IMG/VR virus record: IMGVR_UViG_3300008117_004020
Coordinates: 32,001 to 96,000 of that record
Origin: a virus
Strand: one strand, 5' to 3'
Length of the DNA: 64,000 nucleotides
Shown: piece after piece, positions 16,609-26,105 of the stretch
Position numbering within the stretch: position 1 is the first letter of the stretch
Layout of the letters: each line of letters opens with the position of its first letter
Notes under the pieces: generated by a model
Database searches by the model: none
What the model saw: the letters and a program-made list of their open reading frames with translations, nothing else
Told to the model about the DNA's origin: nothing
Position numbers and translations under genes: made by a program

Positions 16609-17589
16609 ATGTTGTCTACAAAACATCTTGTACAAAATTATAGAGATGTTCCTACAAATTGGATTTTTGAGTATTATTGTAAACTACCTGAGAAACTGGT
16701 TGGTCAAGATGTAAAAATACATTCTTTATTCAATCCTAAAGATAAGACGCCAAGTATGTGCGTCTTTTTTCATCAGCAAGATTCTAAGTATTATTTTAAA
16801 GATTTCTCAACTGGTAAGGGTGGTACAGCTTTAAAGCTGGTACAAGAACTATTCAAAGAGAACATTAAAGAAGCATCTGGCAGAGTTATAAGTGATTATA
16901 ACCAGTATGTGTTATTACATAATGGCACTGAGCATTCTATTGCAGAATTTAAAGCTCACAGTCGTTACAAAGTGGTCGTTGCTACACCTAGAATGTGGAT
17001 GACTCATGACAAGAACTATTGGACTGAGTATGGTATATCCTCTAAATTATTAGAGAAATACAACATCCGCCCATTACAGTCCTATAAAATGGAAAAGACT
17101 GAAGATGGTGAACTTAAAAGTCTTGAGATAACAGGATCTTATATTTATGGATTTTACAAAAACAATGGGGAGATATACAAAATATATCAACCTAAAGTGA
17201 AAGAGTATAAGTTCATAAAGATTGCTCCTTACATTCAGGGCTATGAACAATTAGAAAAACACCAATTTTTATTAATTTGTTCAAGTTTAAAAGATGCTTT
17301 AACTATTAAATCAGCTGGTCTTGCTATTGATGTTATTGCTCCTGATTCAGAAAATACTCTCATCAAAGAAGAAATCCTACAAGAATTATCAGATAGATAT
17401 AAAAAAATCATAACTTTATTTGATAATGATGATGCGGGTGTTGCTGCTATGAAGAAGTATAAAGAGTTATATAATTTTGACTATGTATATTTTGACATGG
17501 AAAAGGATGTTGCTGACGCTGTAAAAAAGTATGGAGTATCAGCTGCGTTTGTCAAGTTGATACCTGCTATTAACAAAAAGCTTAATTGA
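16609..17589 (+). CDS. DNA primase (TOPRIM)
   Basis: FNPKDKTPS...FKDFSTGKGG degenerate Zn-domain; FDNDDAG, KDVAD; ATG 16609 preferred over the track's start. Confidence 0.85.
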   Translation: MLSTKHLVQNYRDVPTNWIFEYYCKLPEKLVGQDVKIHSLFNPKDKTPSMCVFFHQQDSKYYFKDFSTGKGGTALKLVQELFKENIKEASGRVISDYNQYVLLHNGTEHSIAEFKAHSRYKVVVATPRMWMTHDKNYWTEYGISSKLLEKYNIRPLQSYKMEKTEDGELKSLEITGSYIYGFYKNNGEIYKIYQPKVKEYKFIKIAPYIQGYEQLEKHQFLLICSSLKDALTIKSAGLAIDVIAPDSENTLIKEEILQELSDRYKKIITLFDNDDAGVAAMKKYKELYNFDYVYFDMEKDVADAVKKYGVSAAFVKLIPAINKKLN

Positions 17590-17975
17590 TGGCAAAGAAA
17601 AAATCCAGAGTGGTAAAGACTAGAAATGCTGGCACTATGAGTGAATCAGCATTCTGGTCCTTTATTAGATCAGCCCTAAGGCAAAAGAGTAGATGGTGGA
17701 AGCCTATAGCATTGCGTAAACAAATGTCTAAAAGGAAATATGTTGGACCCAAACAGGGTAAAAATAGACAGCAATGGGAATATCAATGTGCTAGTTGTTT
17801 AGACTGGTTCCCTGATAAAAACATTAATGTTGACCATATTGTTCCAGCTGGTACACTCAGATGTGCTAATGATCTACCTGGATTTGTAGAAAGACTTTTT
17901 TGCGAAATTGATAATCTTCAAGTGCTTTGTTCAACTTGCCATGATAAAAAAACTAAGTCAGAAAAAAAGCGATAA
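17586..17975 (+). CDS. HNH endonuclease
   Basis: CASC...VDHIVP...NLQVLCSTCHDKKT. Confidence 0.85.
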   Translation: MMAKKKSRVVKTRNAGTMSESAFWSFIRSALRQKSRWWKPIALRKQMSKRKYVGPKQGKNRQQWEYQCASCLDWFPDKNINVDHIVPAGTLRCANDLPGFVERLFCEIDNLQVLCSTCHDKKTKSEKKR

Positions 17976-18501
17976 CGAGTTGATTCAAGCATATCTCAAT
18001 GGAGATGCTAAAGCTTTTGATACACTTTATAAGAGATATCTAGGATTTCTCATCACTATAGCTAAAGCATACGCATGGGACAAATGTCTCGTAAAAGACT
18101 ATGTACAAGATACATGGTTAAAAGCTGTTAGTAGCTTTGATAAATTTGATGGTAAAAACTTCAAATCTTGGATAAGCAGAATAGCAATTAACATATGTAT
18201 TGATAGATATAGACAAAAAATGCGTAGACCTACAGATTATGAGAACACCTTTCCTACTATCTCATATACAAATAACATGTCATATATCAAGGATAAGGAA
18301 GAAAAGCTTGCTCTTGTATTAGAGAAGATTAAACTTCTAAATCCTACACAAAGAGATGTTATATTGTTAAGAATGAAAGATGTTGATTATAAAGTGATTA
18401 TGCAGAAATTAGATAAGCCCTTAGGTACATGCTTGTCAGCCTTTAGGGTGGGGGTTAACAGAATTAAAAAACTAATAGAACAAGATGAAAACGAAGAATG
18501 A
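17941..18501 (+). CDS. ECF-type RNA polymerase sigma factor
   Basis: SDNELI...GDAKAFDTLY, DYVQDTW, FKSWISRIAINICIDRYR, region-4-like LNPTQRDVILL. Confidence 0.85.
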   Translation: MIKKLSQKKSDNELIQAYLNGDAKAFDTLYKRYLGFLITIAKAYAWDKCLVKDYVQDTWLKAVSSFDKFDGKNFKSWISRIAINICIDRYRQKMRRPTDYENTFPTISYTNNMSYIKDKEEKLALVLEKIKLLNPTQRDVILLRMKDVDYKVIMQKLDKPLGTCLSAFRVGVNRIKKLIEQDENEE

Positions 18502-18694
18502 TCTTATAGAAATGGTTGTAGAGCAAATACAGCTCGATGTCCATTGTGGAGATGTTACAGCTATAGAAGAGCTGGTTAAAACATGTCCTATAGAAAATTT
18601 AGTTGCTTATCTACCAGATGATGAATGGAAAAAGTATTCACATCTAATAACAGAAGAATATTTAAAAAGAGAAGAAGATGACAGAACTTCATAA
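18485..18694 (+). CDS. Hypothetical protein
   Basis: ORF track; overlapping array. Confidence 0.65.
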   Translation: MKTKNDLIEMVVEQIQLDVHCGDVTAIEELVKTCPIENLVAYLPDDEWKKYSHLITEEYLKREEDDRTS

Positions 18695-18866
18695 CACAAT
18701 AATGGGTAGGAAGCTTATAGAACATGATATACCAGAAATAGCTAAACAACTTAAGAGAATAGCTGATATATTAGAAAAGCAAAAGATAAAAGAGTTGATG
18801 GAGCTATATCCTAATGATCAGGATTTAGGTAAAAAGATCAGAGAACATTACACTATTATGAAATGA
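18678..18866 (+). CDS. Hypothetical protein
   Basis: ORF track; YPNDQDLGKKIR motif recalled from phages. Confidence 0.65.
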   Translation: MTELHNTIMGRKLIEHDIPEIAKQLKRIADILEKQKIKELMELYPNDQDLGKKIREHYTIMK

Positions 18867-19714
18867 AGATAATCAATCAAAAGACCAAAACTCTTACAAC
18901 TAGAGATAATGGGAGAAGCTCAGATGCAGTTTCTCCCAATTTTATCTATGGTTGTTTAGGGGGTTGTATGAAGTCCTATTGCTATGTAGGAAGATATAAC
19001 CATGACAAAGTGTATATAAACCAGAATATAGAAAACATTCTAAATTCTATTTCAAAGTGGGCAGCTGATAGACCATGGCCTAAAGTTGCTAATCAAACAG
19101 ATGACACTTATTATACAATAGATATAGGATGTAGCACAGATGTACCCTTATTAGGTAAGCACTATGACTGGCAAAAAGTGTTTGATTTCTTTAATGATTC
19201 TCCAAAACTAAAGAGCACTTTTGCCACTAAGTATCCTACCAGATTTAAAGCAGATGAGTATAAGTTGTCACCAGGTAAGCATAGGATTAGAGTGAGTCTG
19301 ATGCCTCAGAAGTATTCTGATATACTAGAACCTGGTACAGATCTTATATCTGATCGCATACAATCTATACCAAATCTTCAAAAGTATATGGAAGTACATA
19401 TAAACTTCAGTCCTATTATATACACAGAGGGTTGGTTAGAAGAGTATGAAAGTTTATTTCAGGAACTAAAAACTGCTGGTGTTGATGTAAAATGTGAGTG
19501 TATTTTCTTAACTTACAATGTTATTCAGCATGAGCGTAATGAGTCTGAAATAGACAATATGCTATGGCAGCCAGATATACAAGAGGCTAAAGATTCTCAA
19601 TATGCTCCAGATAACATAAGGTATAAATATCAACTAAAAGCGAAGATGGTTAAAGATTTTACAGAGCTTTATAGTCATTACTTTAATCCTTTAAATATTA
19701 GGTATATATTTTAA
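18863..19714 (+). CDS. Spore photoproduct lyase-like radical SAM protein
   Basis: GCLGGCMKSYCY, FATKY, RIRVSLMP, EPGT, HINFSPII..GW..EY. Confidence 0.75.
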   Translation: MKIINQKTKTLTTRDNGRSSDAVSPNFIYGCLGGCMKSYCYVGRYNHDKVYINQNIENILNSISKWAADRPWPKVANQTDDTYYTIDIGCSTDVPLLGKHYDWQKVFDFFNDSPKLKSTFATKYPTRFKADEYKLSPGKHRIRVSLMPQKYSDILEPGTDLISDRIQSIPNLQKYMEVHINFSPIIYTEGWLEEYESLFQELKTAGVDVKCECIFLTYNVIQHERNESEIDNMLWQPDIQEAKDSQYAPDNIRYKYQLKAKMVKDFTELYSHYFNPLNIRYIF

Positions 19715-19725
19715 ACTAAAAGCAT

Positions 19726-19929
19726 ATGGCAATTTACAAAGATGAGAGAGACCCTAATGATGAGATGTGGGAGCGTCAAGCCACTACAAATGATCAGAGA
19801 GTCATAATTGATCCTATCAATGTTCAAGCTCTAATCAACTTTCTTGAATATGAGGAAGCATTGACACAGGATCCACAAACAGCTAATAGAATCAGATTAT
19901 TATTACAAAAAATAAAAATATGGGACTAG
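19726..19929 (+). CDS. Hypothetical protein
   Basis: ORF track. Confidence 0.65.
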   Translation: MAIYKDERDPNDEMWERQATTNDQRVIIDPINVQALINFLEYEEALTQDPQTANRIRLLLQKIKIWD

Positions 19930-20240
19930 AAGAAGAAGAAGTGAGAAGCTCTGACTCAGAGTTTATAAAAAACGTATATAAAAATGTTATACAAAAAGAT
20001 TATGATAAAGATATCAGGAAACTGAGCAAGTCTTTATTAAAGAAAATGGCAGAAGATGTTAAAAAATGGCGCACAGAAGGAAAAGGATATAGCTGGAGAT
20101 ACATTGCTATGCTGTTTGCAGACAAGTATCCAGAGTTTTCAGAGAAACACAATATAGTGGCTGAAAATCAACTATGTGGCATCTACTTATGTGAGGCAGC
20201 CATAATTAAATTAAATGAAACTGAACAAAATTGGAATTAA
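19920..20240 (+). CDS. Hypothetical protein
   Basis: ORF track. Confidence 0.65.
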   Translation: MGLEEEEVRSSDSEFIKNVYKNVIQKDYDKDIRKLSKSLLKKMAEDVKKWRTEGKGYSWRYIAMLFADKYPEFSEKHNIVAENQLCGIYLCEAAIIKLNETEQNWN

Positions 20241-21289
20241 TGAAAGTAACAACTATCACCCCTCAGCAGTTTGTTGAGGGTTTTAAGTCAGAAGAAGTGT
20301 TCTTTTATGACAAGAAGTTTTATTTTTCCTACAGTAGTATAAACAAGCTGTTGTATTGTCCAGAAATATTTTACAAAGAATATATACTGGGTGAAAAGGA
20401 TGTCAAAGATGAAACCTATCTCACTGAAGGAAGACTTATTCATTGTTTATTGCTTGAACCAGATAAGTTTGAGCAACAATTTATTGTAATGACAGGCAAG
20501 CTACCATCTGAGAATACAAAGATTGTAGTGGACAGGGTGTATTCCCATCATATAGAATTAAAGGCATCTGGGGTACACAAAGGTGACACTCTTGTTGATT
20601 ATCAAAACGCAGTGATTGATGTGCTTTTAGACATGAATCTCCATCAGAGTCTAAAGACTGATGACCAGAGATTTGCTAAGATATACACTTCAGATTCAGC
20701 CATCTATTGGGAGTTCTTAACTAAAAGCGAAGGTAAAACTATAGTGGATGCTCAGATGTATGAGAAAGTGAAAGCTATAGTGGAAAAGATTAGACAAGAC
20801 TCAAAGGTGAGTAAGCTTCTAAAACTTGATCATTCTTCTGAGTGGTGGTCTACAGTGGAGGTGTTCAACGAGCAGCCCTTAGAAATGGAACTTAAAAAGT
20901 ATCCTTTTGGACTAAAGGGTATTATAGACAATTTTGTAGTGGATCCTATAGAGTCAAAGATTTATGTCAATGACTTTAAAACCACTAGCAAAACCCTGGA
21001 GGATTTCCCTGAAACAATAAAGTTCTATAGATATGATATCCAAGCTGCAATATATAACTTATTGGTTGTCAATAAGTACGCAGATTTAATTAAACAAGGA
21101 TATAAAGTAGAATTTAGATTTGTTGTTATAGATAAGAACCAACAGATCTATCCATTCTCAGTTTCAGAGGCTACAATGAAGGAGTGGACAAAAGGGTTGC
21201 AAGAGATATTAAAAGTCTGCGACTATCATTATTCAAATAAAGATTACACACTTCCTTTTAAATTCAAGATGGAAGATGTAATTTTATAA
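20231..21289 (+). CDS. PD-(D/E)XK exonuclease (RecB/RecE-like)
   Basis: SYSS, GRLIH, KGIID...DFKT, YDIQAAIY. Confidence 0.85.
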   Translation: MELMKVTTITPQQFVEGFKSEEVFFYDKKFYFSYSSINKLLYCPEIFYKEYILGEKDVKDETYLTEGRLIHCLLLEPDKFEQQFIVMTGKLPSENTKIVVDRVYSHHIELKASGVHKGDTLVDYQNAVIDVLLDMNLHQSLKTDDQRFAKIYTSDSAIYWEFLTKSEGKTIVDAQMYEKVKAIVEKIRQDSKVSKLLKLDHSSEWWSTVEVFNEQPLEMELKKYPFGLKGIIDNFVVDPIESKIYVNDFKTTSKTLEDFPETIKFYRYDIQAAIYNLLVVNKYADLIKQGYKVEFRFVVIDKNQQIYPFSVSEATMKEWTKGLQEILKVCDYHYSNKDYTLPFKFKMEDVIL

Positions 21290-21294
21290 CAAAT

Positions 21295-21864
21295 TTGACT
21301 ATGACTGACAAAGAATTCAAGATTAGATTTCTAAACAAGAAATACTTTCAGAAGTCTACATTCTTTTTGTATCCGCTATTAAATATTCCAAAGACTATTC
21401 TTCCCAAGAATACATACATCACTTGGGAAGATACTTATGGAATAGATGATCTTGTTTTTATTTGTAAATTTGATAAGTTTAATTCTGAGACTCAGATTAA
21501 AACTGAAAAAGTACATTTGAAAGGACACCCTCTTCTTAAGGAAACAATGACATTAGAAGATGGTGGAACTATTTATTTTTTCAAGTTTGAGAAATATTCC
21601 AAATTATGGCATAATTTTGTCAATGGTAAATATTCTAAGATCTCAAAGAATCACAAGCTTGAAATAATCAAGTTTTACAAAAAGGGATCATTTACTGGGA
21701 CCTTAATAAAAAGCTATCTGTTTCCTGAAGATTATTATGCAGACTATGCTGAGTTGTTAAATGTTCCTTTAGAAGTTTTGATGGAATCAGGTGAACTAGC
21801 GGATGCACCTGATTTAAAACAAGAGAATCTAAATTTAAAATCTTTAATTAAAAAACAAAAGTAA
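21295..21864 (+). CDS. Hypothetical protein
   Basis: ORF track; operon context. Confidence 0.7.
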   Translation: MTMTDKEFKIRFLNKKYFQKSTFFLYPLLNIPKTILPKNTYITWEDTYGIDDLVFICKFDKFNSETQIKTEKVHLKGHPLLKETMTLEDGGTIYFFKFEKYSKLWHNFVNGKYSKISKNHKLEIIKFYKKGSFTGTLIKSYLFPEDYYADYAELLNVPLEVLMESGELADAPDLKQENLNLKSLIKKQK

Positions 21865-21867
21865 CAA

Positions 21868-22266
21868 ATGGAAAAATCAATGATGCTGTACACAACAGCA
21901 ACTAATGGTGCTAAGACATTTGGACTAATCCCTTTAAACGGGGATTGTCCTTTCAATGAAGCAATTTACATGCCTAATTTAGAAGCACTGGCTGTTTTGG
22001 GTAATAAAAACAGAGACACATTCACTATGTTAGAAAGACTGGATGAGAATGGTAATCCTTCAGGACAATCAGGTAAAGGTGGAGATCCTGCTAAACCTAA
22101 GATGCACAGAGTACAGATCTCATCACCATGGGAGTATTTTATTCATGAGCGTGAAGAAATCAAAGACTTTGTAAAAAGAATGGCAGTAAACGCAGATAGC
22201 TTTGATTATCAGCAGTTTATAAAGACAGAATCTGGTATTGAAATTGTAAGAGATATTGTACAATAA
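21868..22266 (+). CDS. Hypothetical protein
   Basis: ORF track; stop overlaps the polymerase start. Confidence 0.7.
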   Translation: MEKSMMLYTTATNGAKTFGLIPLNGDCPFNEAIYMPNLEALAVLGNKNRDTFTMLERLDENGNPSGQSGKGGDPAKPKMHRVQISSPWEYFIHEREEIKDFVKRMAVNADSFDYQQFIKTESGIEIVRDIVQ

Positions 22267-24197
22267 TGAATCATTGGGTAATGGACTATGAGACAATGTC
22301 AAGTTGTTTCATAGCAGTATTTGAACATTATAAAGATAAGACTAGGAAGGTCTTTGCTGTAAATCATCTTACAGCACGCTCTCAATTTGATGACTATGTA
22401 GTATTTCTACAAAGTAACATTGAGAAAGACGAGTGGCACATCTCCTTTAATGGTCTTGCATTTGATGCTCAAATAACCCAGTATATCTTAAAGAATTATG
22501 AGTCTTGGAAATATTCCACTAATGATGAAATAGCCAGACTCATATATGCTTATGCTCAATACATCATCTCAGGTCAAGAAGAAAGAAGACTGGACTATAA
22601 TGAACGAGATCTTTACATTAGACAGATTGATTTATTCAAACTAAATCACTGGGACAATGCTGCTAAAAGATCTGGTTTGAAATGGATACAGTATTCCATG
22701 GACTGGGATAATGTTGAGGATATGCCTATACATCACTCATATGAGATTAAGACAGTGGCTGAGCTAGAAACTGTAATTAAATATTGTATTAATGATGTGC
22801 AGTCTACCAAAAAGATATATGAAGCTAGCACTGAACAAATAGCTCTTAGGAAATCTCTATCTGAAGAATATGACATCAACTTATATTCAGCATCAGAGAC
22901 TAAGATTGCTAGAGAACTATTTGCACATTTTCTAGCCAAGGATTTGAAAATACCTAAATATGAACTTAAAAAGCTTAGAACAGAACGTGCATACATCAAT
23001 CTTAAGGATTGTATCCTGGACTATATAAGTTTTGAAAGTAAGGAGTTTAAAGATTTGCTGGAGTTCTTTAAAGGCAAGGTGGTCAAAGAAACCAAGGGAG
23101 CGCTAAACCACAAAATCACATATAAAGGATTAGACCTTTATTATGGCTTGGGTGGTATACATGGTGCTGTAGATTCTGGTATCTATAAGGCAGAAGAAGG
23201 ATATACTATCATGACATCAGATGTCGCTAGCTACTATCCTAATTTAGCTATTAGAAACAAGTTTTCCCCAGGTCACTTAAACAAAGAAGCATTTTGCAAT
23301 TTGTATGAGTGGTTCTTCAATGAAAGAAAGAAGATTCCAAAGACTGATCCTAAAAACTATGTTTATAAGATCATTTTGAATTCCACTTATGGTCTTTCTA
23401 ATGATGAGAACAGCTTCCTTTATGATCCTCAGCTTACTATGAGCATCACCATCAATGGTCAGCTATTGTTATCAAAGCTGCTAGAAATGGTGACACTAGG
23501 TATACCTGGAGCTCTTCCCATCATGATCAATACAGATGGTTTAGAGGTGATGATTCCTAATTGTTACAAGAATGAATATCTTAAGATATGTGAACAATGG
23601 GAAAAGATGACCAAGCTGTCTCTAGAGCATGATGAATATAGCAACGTGATTGTTGGCGATGTAAACAATTATATTGCCATATATCAAAATCCAGCTAAAA
23701 CTCCTAAATGTAAAGGTAGATTTGAATGGGAAGACTTACAAAAGAAGAAGGTTAGTATTCTTCACAAGAATAAAAGCTTCCTCATCATCCCTAAAGCCAT
23801 CTATCATTATTTTATTAATGGGACAAAACCAGAAAACTTCCTCAAGACAAACAGAGACATCTTTGACTATTGTGGAGGCATTAAGGTGAAGTCTGATTGG
23901 CAACTGTTAAACATCTACATTAAAGAGGGTGAAATTATAGAAGAACCCATGCAAAAGATATGTAGATATTATATCAGCAAATCAGGCACAAAACTTGTCA
24001 AGCGTAATAAAAAGGATGGTAGGGAGATTCAAATAGAATCTGGCAAGTGGTTACAGAGCATATATAATAAAAATTCAAATATGTCCTTTGAAGATATGGA
24101 TATAGATGAAGAATATTATATTGAAAGAATTTATAAGGAGATTCATAACATTGATAAGATAATTAAACGTAAATTTGAGCAACTAACATTATTTTAA
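22266..24197 (+). CDS. Family B DNA polymerase
   Basis: Exo motifs DYE, FNGLAFD, YCINDV; pol motifs DVASYYPN, KIILNSTYG, NTDG. Confidence 0.93.
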   Translation: MNHWVMDYETMSSCFIAVFEHYKDKTRKVFAVNHLTARSQFDDYVVFLQSNIEKDEWHISFNGLAFDAQITQYILKNYESWKYSTNDEIARLIYAYAQYIISGQEERRLDYNERDLYIRQIDLFKLNHWDNAAKRSGLKWIQYSMDWDNVEDMPIHHSYEIKTVAELETVIKYCINDVQSTKKIYEASTEQIALRKSLSEEYDINLYSASETKIARELFAHFLAKDLKIPKYELKKLRTERAYINLKDCILDYISFESKEFKDLLEFFKGKVVKETKGALNHKITYKGLDLYYGLGGIHGAVDSGIYKAEEGYTIMTSDVASYYPNLAIRNKFSPGHLNKEAFCNLYEWFFNERKKIPKTDPKNYVYKIILNSTYGLSNDENSFLYDPQLTMSITINGQLLLSKLLEMVTLGIPGALPIMINTDGLEVMIPNCYKNEYLKICEQWEKMTKLSLEHDEYSNVIVGDVNNYIAIYQNPAKTPKCKGRFEWEDLQKKKVSILHKNKSFLIIPKAIYHYFINGTKPENFLKTNRDIFDYCGGIKVKSDWQLLNIYIKEGEIIEEPMQKICRYYISKSGTKLVKRNKKDGREIQIESGKWLQSIYNKNSNMSFEDMDIDEEYYIERIYKEIHNIDKIIKRKFEQLTLF

Positions 24198-24198
24198 A

Positions 24199-25074
24199 AT
24201 GACAGGTTTAAACGCAATGGAGAGGATGTTTTCAGCACCTCTCCCAGAAAAAACAGACAGCTATACACCAATAGCTCATGAAACTATAGACAAGATAACA
24301 AGAACAGCCCTCCAAGAGCAGGGCTTTGTGTTATCTAAAACATTTTATAGAAGTTCTACAGATGGTAGATTAGGACAAGCTGAGTATCACATTAACTATG
24401 GAGATGATCCAGAAATGGGACTGATGATTGCTTGGCAGAATAGTTACAACAAGCTTATATCATTTAAATACGCTATTGGAGCACACGTAATGGTGTGTTC
24501 TAATGGTGCTGTTTCAGGTGATATTGGAGCATATAAAAGAAAGCATACAGGTACAGCTGATGAAGAGGCTGCATCACAAATCAAGTATTATTTACAGAAT
24601 GCTAAGCAAATCTTTTTGAATTTAGTTAGAGACAGGGAGCATCTAAAGAAGATTGACTTATCTCCTGAAAGAATGGCTGAGATTATAGGTAGAATGTTTA
24701 TTCATAAAGAGATTATTACATCTACGCAAATCAATATCATGAAGCGTGAAATGGAAACTCCATCATTTGATTATGGTGTACCAGTACATAACGCATGGTC
24801 ATTGTATAATTTTGCAACACATGCTTTTAAAGAAGATAGTCCTAGAAACTGGATTTCTAGACATATAGATTTACATAGCTTCTTTGGAGAAGAGTTTGGA
24901 TTGGAAAGGTCTGAGGAATCACCTGAGCCTGTACAACCCACTTTGTTTCCTGAAGAAGCAACCCCTGAAGAAACCTCTCAACCACTTGAAGAAGTAATGG
25001 AAGAAGTCCCAGCTTTTTCATCCAATGAGGAGAGAGACTCTGACGAATTAATTGATTTGTTAGAAGATTTTTAA
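24199..25074 (+). CDS. DUF932-family protein
   Basis: YTPIAH, NSYN...GAHVMVCSNG, KHTG, WSLYNFAT. Confidence 0.75.
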   Translation: MTGLNAMERMFSAPLPEKTDSYTPIAHETIDKITRTALQEQGFVLSKTFYRSSTDGRLGQAEYHINYGDDPEMGLMIAWQNSYNKLISFKYAIGAHVMVCSNGAVSGDIGAYKRKHTGTADEEAASQIKYYLQNAKQIFLNLVRDREHLKKIDLSPERMAEIIGRMFIHKEIITSTQINIMKREMETPSFDYGVPVHNAWSLYNFATHAFKEDSPRNWISRHIDLHSFFGEEFGLERSEESPEPVQPTLFPEEATPEETSQPLEEVMEEVPAFSSNEERDSDELIDLLEDF

Positions 25075-25081
25075 AACCAAC

Positions 25082-25125
25082 AGAAGAGGGGGGGAGACTA
25101 CTAACCCCTCCCCCCTTCCTTCTCT
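25082..25125 (+). terminator. GC-rich hairpin
   Basis: AGAAGAGGGGGGGAG ... CTCCCCCCTTCCTTCT inverted repeat; weak T-tail. Confidence 0.55.
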
Positions 25126-25146
25126 ATTAAAACCCCACACCACAAT

Positions 25147-25770
25147 ATGATATTAGGAATTAATGGTTACTCTGGATCAGGAAAAGACACTATAGGAAAA
25201 CTATTGCAGGATTTATATCCTGAAGAGAATTGGAAGATTAAAAAGTTTGCTGGTAAACTTAAAACTGTAGCAAGTTTGCTATCAGGAATACCACAGTCTA
25301 ATTTTGAAGATCAAGACTTTAAAAAAACACTACTAGGAACAGAATGGTGGACTGCTTGTGATGAGGGATTACAACCTATGACTGTAAGAGATTTCTTGCA
25401 GAAACTAGGTACTGAAGGACTGAGAGTGGGACTGCATGAAAACACCTGGGTGAATGCTCTAATGGCTGATTATAAGCCAGAAACAATGTATGTAGTCAAT
25501 CCTATAACAGGATCACTGGATGCAAAAGTGGACACTAAAATGCCTAATTGGGTGATTACAGATGTAAGATTCCCTAATGAAGCACAGGCTATCAAAGAGA
25601 AAGGTGGATATGTGATTAGAATAGACAGACCAGGCGTCAAGCCCATCAATGATCATCCATCTGAAACCAGTCTTGACACATGGAAATTTGACTATAAAAT
25701 TGCTAATGTATCAGATATAGTTTCATTAGCATTCACTTTAACGAATATTATATCTAAAATTAAAGAATAA
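25147..25770 (+). CDS. Deoxynucleoside monophosphate kinase
   Basis: GYSGSGKDT, RDFLQKLGTE, ITDVRFPNEA, HPSE. Confidence 0.9.
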   Translation: MILGINGYSGSGKDTIGKLLQDLYPEENWKIKKFAGKLKTVASLLSGIPQSNFEDQDFKKTLLGTEWWTACDEGLQPMTVRDFLQKLGTEGLRVGLHENTWVNALMADYKPETMYVVNPITGSLDAKVDTKMPNWVITDVRFPNEAQAIKEKGGYVIRIDRPGVKPINDHPSETSLDTWKFDYKIANVSDIVSLAFTLTNIISKIKE

Positions 25771-26039
25771 TGGAAGGACAATTAGTAAGAGTAACAGAGT
25801 TGTCACCTATTATTGTAAAAGTGTATAATCCTTTAAAACAAGAGCTGATAGGTGTTTTTGAGAACTATTCTAAGGCTGCTAGAGCACTAGGGCTTACGCC
25901 TAAGATTGTATATAACAAAGCCACCTCAAAGAAAAGAGTGATGTCACCCTATCTAGAAATTGAAGTGGCTATACGTATTACTAGAAAAAAACCAGAAGAT
26001 AAGTTCTTTATGAGCGAGATCTTCAAAAGAATATTATAA
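25770..26039 (+). CDS. NUMOD1-like HTH protein
   Basis: VKVYN...LIGVFENYSKAARALG. Confidence 0.65.
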   Translation: MEGQLVRVTELSPIIVKVYNPLKQELIGVFENYSKAARALGLTPKIVYNKATSKKRVMSPYLEIEVAIRITRKKPEDKFFMSEIFKRIL

Positions 26040-26067
26040 TTACGCTGTGTTTTGTTAGTTAAGGTCA

Positions 26068-26105
26068 AAGGGGAGGATGTTTCTACATCTTCCCCTTATT
26101 TTTTT
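26068..26105. terminator. Terminator between convergent modules
   Basis: AAGGGGAGGATGT-TTCT-ACATCTTCCCCTT followed by ATTTTTTT. Confidence 0.8.

Noticed and set aside
1499-23889. Short nested or antisense ORFs (e.g. 1499, 2032, 4315, 4824, 7574, 8576, 10706, 15164, 16052, 16380, 21744, 22733, 23674)
   Set aside because: Overlap better-supported genes
13654-24197. Inteins or self-splicing introns in DnaB, primase or PolB
   Set aside because: Genes are compact and uninterrupted, with no splice-junction or homing-endonuclease insertions evident
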